A DNA stretch of 55,554 nucleotides, counting the filler, from Jimgerdemannia flammicorona (taxonomy: Eukaryota), in the NCBI GenBank assembly GCA_003990765.1. It is 2 parts of 2 records of this genome, joined end to end, with 100 filler letters (N's around TTAATTAATTAA, not from the genome) between each part and the next. Parts side by side here need not be neighbours in the genome. Positions count along the whole stretch, not along the records: positions 27,837 to 55,554 come from RBNJ01000611.1; 1 more part is not named here. One strand, written 5' to 3'. The stretch's first letter is position 1; every line of letters starts with the position of its first letter. Positions 49,348 to 55,554 of this stretch are shown one piece after another. Both the position numbers and the translations under genes were made by a program. The notes beneath the pieces are model-generated. The model had not been told where the DNA came from. It saw only the letters and a program-made list of their open reading frames with translations, and did no database searches.

Positions 49348-52219
49348 GGTATAGAAGGGAAATATAGTTTGAGGTAATTGATATATACTAGTGTTCTTAG
49401 GGTTCATCCATCCATGCTTCTTAAATAGATACTAGTTCCTCTGATATTGTGTACAAGATAAGGTCCTTTCTATTTGGGTTCTAGTTTGGTGGCAAAATTT
49501 GTTTCAATCATACTTCTCCAAACTAGTACTTGATCTCCAATCTTGATCTCCTGATCCTTCTGTTTTTGGTTATAGTACTTCTTTTGTCTTTTCTGGGCTT
49601 TGATAATCTGTCCTCGGGCTTGATTACATAACTGTTCTGCCTTCTTAAGGAGGTCTCCAAGATTCTCATGGTCAGCAGTTCTGGTTCTCTTGGCAAATAT
49701 CATTTCGAATGGCTTTTGTTTGGTAGAGACAGCAGGGGTGTTCTGAATTTCCCATAGGATCTCAGGTAAGCAGAGGTCCCAATTAGTAGGATTGACTCAG
49801 GCAAGTTCTTTCTTGATAGTCTGGTTCATTATCTCTATCATGCCATTGGTCTGGGGGTAGTATGATGTGGTCCTTTTGAGGTAGATCTTGTGAATTTGAG
49901 CATAACTTGTGATTATGTTATTGATGAATTCTGTGCCTTGGTCAGAGATGAGTTCTTCTGGGGGTTCATATCTGAGTGTGAGTCTATGAAGGAGGCCTAC
50001 AATGGTTAAGGCATCTGCGATTTCCATTGGAAAAGCCTTGGACCACTTGGTCAGATGTTCCACAAATATAAGGATGTATTTGTTTCTTCTTGGTGTAACT
50101 GGTAGAGGTCCAATTATATCTACTCCCCATCTCTGAAAGATGTGAGTGGGTGGGGGAATCGGTTGCAAAGGGGCTTGATAGTTCTTCTTTCCTTGGTACT
50201 TCTGGTAAGTATCACATTTCTGGATGATGTCTCAGACTTGAGTTCTGAGGTGAGGCCAGTGTTGATACAGTTTTCAAACTTTGTCTTCTGTACTTGTCTG
50301 TTCTTGATGGGCTTTCTGATGTTCTTTATAGATGAGATCTTCTTGTACCTTGATGGTCTGAGGGGCTTCCTTTAGGGTATAGTTCCTTAGGACACCCTTC
50401 TTCTGATTCATTGAGACTGGCGGAAAAGTACATCAATATTGTTGTGAGCTTTCTCTGCTTTGTAGATAATGGTGATTTTGTAATCCTGAAGGATAAGGAT
50501 CTAGCAGGCTAGGATTCCAGTGGGTTTCTTGCAATTGAATAACCATTTGAGGGCTGTATGGTCTGTGATCAGGGTGAACCTTTTTTCAATGAGGTAATGC
50601 TTGAACAGGGTGACCACCCATATGACTGTAAGGTATTCCAGTTTGGTGCTACCATAGTTCATCTGCTGCTGATTAGTAGTTCTGCTTGTATAAGCTATCA
50701 CATAGTACTGTTGATCAGGTCCTTCTTGGGCTAGAACTACTCCAAGGCCATCTTTAGAGACATCTATATACAAGATGAATAGCTTCTATAGATTGGGGTA
50801 TACAAGGATTGGTACTGTAGTCATACAGTTTTTGAGTTCTTTGAAGGCTTTTCCTTGTGATTCTGTCCATTTGAATAGTACTCCTTTCTTGAGAAGGATC
50901 CAGATTAGGGCAGCGATTTGAGCAAAGTTCTTAATAAACCTTCTATAGTAGAATACTAGCATCAGAAATGATGGTATCTCCTTCAGAGTTTTGGGTACTG
51001 GCCAATTGTTGATCTTCTTGGTTTTTTTTGGGTCTGCATGGATTTCTTCTTTCGAAACTATAAATCTAAGGAATTCAAGTTTCTGTTTTCCAAAGTAGCA
51101 TTTCTTTGCATTCAATCTTAAGTGGTTTTTGTGGGTGAGCTTGAAGAATTCCTCCAGGTGGTGTAGGTGTTCTTCAAAATTTGCTGAATAGATGTTGGAA
51201 TCATTCATGTATACAATCAGGCAGTGGTGAATCAGAGGGGCATATACTGAATTCATCATCCTCTGAAAAGTGGGGGGTATATTGCAAAGTCCAAAGGGCA
51301 TTTAGAGGTATTCAAACAGTTTTTCCAGAGCAAGGAAGGCTGTCTTTTGAATGTTTTTGGGGTCTATAGGGATCTCATGGAATTCTGTGAAGAGGTCCAT
51401 ACTGCTGAAGTATCTGGCATCTTGTAACTGATCCAAAAGGTCATCGATTCTGGGCAGAGGATAGGCATCCTTTTTGGTGACTGAATTGAGTTTCCTATAA
51501 TCCACACAGAGTCTCCATCCTCCTTTCTTTGGTACAATAAGTATAGGGCTGGCCCAGGGGCTGATAGAGGGTTAGATGACTCCATTGTCTAAGAGTTCTT
51601 GTATGTGCTCTTTTTCAAATATTTTCAAGTGATGGGGTATTCTATAGGAGTTCTGCCAGATGGATGTTGAATTTCCTGTATTTATACTGTGGTGGTATAA
51701 TGGATTGTATGGCAGGTTGCCATAATTGGTGGTGAAGATATCTTGATATTTATTGAGAAGTTCTACTAATTATTGCTGTTGTTGGGGTGTCAATTCTTCT
51801 CCAATATTGGTGGAAGGCTTCACTGTCTCCTGGGTCACAGAGGGGCCTTTTCTTTCTTCTGGGACCTTTTGCCATTTCCCAATAGGTTTAGTTCATAAAC
51901 TTCCCTATGAGTTCGGTTGAGAAAAGGCACCAGATATCCTATAATAGTTCCTTTTGTCAAGATGATGGTCTCCTAACTTTGGTTGGTTGCTCAGGAGTAT
52001 ACTGGGTTCATCTTATCAGAGAATGTGTATCCCTCTATGTCCAGATGTGGGATATCTTCCTTGGGTTCAAAGAAAAGGTTTCTGGGGTTGGGTGGTGCAA
52101 AGATTTTAAAGGTAGTTTGTTCTCCAGGTTCCAGAATAAGATTCTTGTGCAGTCTGACTGGTTGCTGATACACTTGTTGGAGAACATTTCTCTTAAGATA
52201 GTTGACTTGAAGGAGGTAT

Positions 52220-52640
52220 ACTTCCTTCCTGTCTGAACTTCCAAATTCCTTGGCTTGTCTTGTTCCTTCAGTTAGTTCAGAGACTTTCTGTAACTGTGGA
52301 GTCTTGACCTTTATGAAGACTGCTTGGGCAATTTTCTGTCCTCTAATGATTCAGTGCTATTCTGTACTACTGTTGTGTAGAATAACCTTGATTTTGCCTA
52401 TATATCCAGGGTCAATGGTTCCTCCTTCTACAGTTATCCCTTGTCTGGCAAGTCTGGACCTTGAGGTTAGTTGAATATAAGCTCCTTGGAGTGGCTGTAT
52501 GGCTAATCTGGTTCTGATCATAAATGTTTTTCCAGACCTGATAGATTCATCCTCCAGGCTGTGAAAATTATATCCTACATCCTCTGGGTGGACTTTGGTC
52601 AGGGGTTTGGCCTTAGGGTGCAGCAGGGCATACTGAGCAA
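52220..52640 (-). pseudogene. dUTPase domain of gypsy B
   Basis: LLHPKAKPLTKVHPEDVGYNF...LTSRSRLARQGITVEGGTIDPGYIGKIKVILHN...QKIAQAVF. Confidence 0.9.
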
Positions 52641-55168
52641 TGTTTTTGCTGAGTTCGGACTTCTCTAAGGCTGAAGCTCCACTAGTGGAAAACCTCCAAG
52701 CTCTAAGGTTGAGGTATGGCCATCTGGCTCCCATAGAGGGGTCTCAGAGGTAGTTTATTCCCCTTCTTCCTGTAGGGTCAAGGGCTTCCATGAAGTTGGT
52801 GGCATCTTCTGCCCATTCTTGGTGAGTTGTATGTCTGATGAGAGCTAGGATGTCTTCTCCCAAATCATAGATCTTAAGGATTCTTTTTCTGGGCTTCTTG
52901 GTCTGGCTTTTTCGAATCTGGCTTTTTTGGATCTGGCTTTGGTTATCTCCTTTCTTCAAAGTGTGCACTGCAACATCATGACTGAGGTGGATCTTCTGAT
53001 GTCTGCAGTCTTGGCAGTCAGGGTATCTCCTATAGTTGTAATATCCCATTGCTCGAAAATGATATTCCTGGCTATTTATCTCTTGTTGTCTTGGAAATCA
53101 GTATCCATCTTGATCATAGGTTGGGGGAAGGATAGATAAGGGGTATATTTCTGTTCAGGTGAAGAAGCCTTGTCTCCTAAATTGACTTTGTAACCTTGTG
53201 GTGACTTCTTGAAAGGTGGTGGACTGTGCAAGAGTAGTTGGGGGTTCTGGTCTCTGGGGTCTCTGTCTTTCTTGTTGGTCCAATAGATGATACTGATAGC
53301 AGTAGTCTTGAGAAGAGTGGAAGACCATTTGGTGTGGACATCTTCCTAGCTGAAAAGCTTTCTCTTGGTGGGTTTCTTTTTTGGGGATAATGGTGATTGT
53401 ACTAGGTTCTTCTTCTGTATTCCAAGGGTCATTGTCTTCAGGTGGTATCCAGTGAGAGTCATCCCAGGGAATGAGTTCGGGAACCTCTTCTTCTTCAGGT
53501 GCTTCTTGTTCAGGAACTTCTTGATCAGAAGTTTCTTCTTCCTCAGATAATTCTTGACCCCAAATTATTTGTACTTCTGCAGCTTCAGTTGCAGGTGTTT
53601 CTGTAATATGTCTGTATTTCTTCTTTTTTCTTCTATATTCTGGACAGGCTGCACCAGGTGATTTCCTTGTTTCCATGATTTTGGAGGAATGCTTGGGACA
53701 CCTGTGTCTCTTAAGGCAGGTAGGGCATTCTTTGGCTTCTCCTGCAATGGCTCTAATGGTGATGGAGATGGTGTTCTTGACCCACACATTATCTTTTGGT
53801 CTGTCATCCACCAGGTTGATTCAGAGATTGAGTCTGGGATCATTTCCATCTTCAGATTCTTCCTCTTCTTCTGTGGTAGATTCTTTACTGCTGATATACT
53901 CTTCCTGAATAGTGACCTTCTTCTTCTTCTTTGATTGCTCATAGCTGGTCACCTTAACCCTATACTTCTTGCCTTGGTAATCAAACTTGAGTACTTGTTG
54001 ACTGATATCAACAACTGCATTCATTTCCTTCATCCAGTTGGTACCAAGAATCATGTCATAGGTGATGGCTTCAGTGACAACAGCTTTGGGGATAGAGAAC
54101 TGAATGTGTCCAAGAGAGATGGTGATATTTCATACTTCTCCAAGAGGTTGAGTTTGGGCTCCATCAGCTACTATGATGCTGAGGTTGGATGGTCCATCAA
54201 TGGGCCATTGGAGGGTATCCAGGAACTGTTTGGCAATGACACAGACAGCTGCTCCTATATCTATGAAGATTTTTGCCTTTTGTCCTCCAATATCTCCATG
54301 TAGATAGGTGCTGACATGTCTTTCAGCTGCCTGAACAGGAATAGGAACTGGTTCTTGCTGTGGGATTGGGACTCGGTCAGTGCTAGACCTGGTGATTCTC
54401 AGCAATTTGTTTCAGACTCCAGCTGGTGTCAGTTGCAAGAACTACAGGAGAGGGACTTCCATCTTGGCTTCTTGAATCTTCTGTCAGGCTTCATTGTAAA
54501 TGTCTCTAGGCATGGTCTTTGGAGTGTACTTCTTCTTAGGCTTTGGGGCAGCAGGTTCCCATTCTTCTTGTTCCATTTCTTCATCTTCTGATGGCAACTC
54601 ATTTGTCTTGAGGACAAAAGATGAAGGGGTTCAGGGAGGTGTTTCTACTTATTCCTTCTCATGTTCTTCATCCTCTTCTTGGATGATTCTTCTGCTGATG
54701 TTCCTGGATGGTCTTCCTACAGGTCTCTTTCTTTTCTCTGCTGGATAGACTGTTCTCCAGGTTGTAACCTTAGTGGGATACAAGTCTAGATCACTATAGT
54801 CTTCACTGTTACTTGCTTCTTCAAAATCTTCAACAGGATGGGCTTCAGGCTTCTTGTACTGAGTGTCATTCCTTTGGTTTAGTGGTTCTGAGTCCCTTTG
54901 GTCACTTCTTTTGTTGTCACATTCAGTGGTATAGTGTCTGAATTATCCACAGTGGAAGCATTGGACTTGGGCTCTATCTCAGACAGAGTATCTTCTCTCT
55001 TCTTGCTAATAACTCCTATTATCTCTTGGTGGATAACCTTAGCTCCTCTGTGGTGAGTATCCTCTGTTGTCTTGGTAGCTCTGATTTTCGCATGTAGTGA
55101 GTTTTTCAATCTGTCCAACCAATTGGTCCAACTTGGAGCTGAGGTCTTGGATTTCACTTCTATCCTTC

Positions 55169-55554
55169 TGTAATAGAACGACGAACAGATGGGATGTGAC
55201 GAACGACGAGCAATCACATGACCCGGTGATGATGTCATCATACAAATGAAGTGCAACATACAAATGACAAATGATGTGAATGATGCGAAACGATATGAAA
55301 AATGATATCCAGCTTGTCCCCAACAATCGGCACCGCAGCAACAGTTGCCACAACAGCTGATCATTGCCTAGTAATTGAGGTCCTGATCACAAAGTTGTTT
55401 TTACCAAAAACCACCTGACAAAGGTTGTGATCACAAACCTCATTATAGTTACCAAATTAGTCACTCATACTTAGTCAGAAATCATGGACCAACTTGTATA
55501 AATACCCCCCAGTTTCCATCCAAAATAAAGCAGTTTTAGTTTAGTCCTTGATAC
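55169..55554 (+). mobile_element. Start of a younger LTR inserted into gag of gypsy B (runs off window)
   Basis: Abrupt switch to CpG-containing sequence beginning TGTAATAG; later TATAAATACCCC and AATAAA, as in the other LTRs. Confidence 0.65.

Larger units (their letters stand above)
47436..55168 (-). mobile_element. Ty3/gypsy retrotransposon B (gag end, PR, Cys/His region, dUTPase, RT, RNaseH, IN, ORF3, 3' LTR), inactivated
   Basis: Knuckle CFHCG*FRHYTTEC, IFIDIGAAV, EGGTIDPGYIG, DYRKLNSVTKKDAYPLPRIDD, MPFGLCN, KLEYLTVIW, WGVDIIGPLP; PPT CAGTGGGGGCTGA before TGTGACA. Confidence 0.93.

Noticed and set aside
54879..55364. 161-aa minus-strand ORF
   Set aside because: Chimeric frame across the junction between the young LTR and gypsy B gag.

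Overview
Eukaryotic, almost certainly fungal DNA. An early-diverging Mucoromycota/Endogonales-like genome is my inference, not something the sequence proves. The window is two contigs joined by an artificial 100-nt spacer (44 N, TTAATTAATTAA, 44 N; 27737-27836), so the halves need not be neighbours. Two CpG-retaining gene islands sit in nested, C-to-T-eroded transposon debris. Island 1 (~14.9-23.2 kb) holds two intronless tandem hotdog-fold thioesterases and a multi-exon membrane-anchored GH9 glucanase. Island 2 (~33.7-43 kb) holds DUS4, an ACS-family MFS transporter and two deletion-riddled pseudogenes missed by the ORF track: one ZADH2/PTGR3-like oxidoreductase and one AnmK/levoglucosan-kinase-like gene. 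The repeats comprise L1/Tx1-like LINE relics, dUTPase-carrying Ty3/gypsy elements, a chromovirus, a copia relic and fold-back hAT-type MITEs. The most notable items are: (i) a ~1.17-kb non-coding polyadenylated retroposon in two full-length copies with long TSDs and a 3' motif shared with the local LINE; (ii) a conserved unknown third ORF plus extra motifs in the dUTPase-gypsy elements; (iii) a RIP-like CpG+CpA mutation signature readable by comparing young and old copies.
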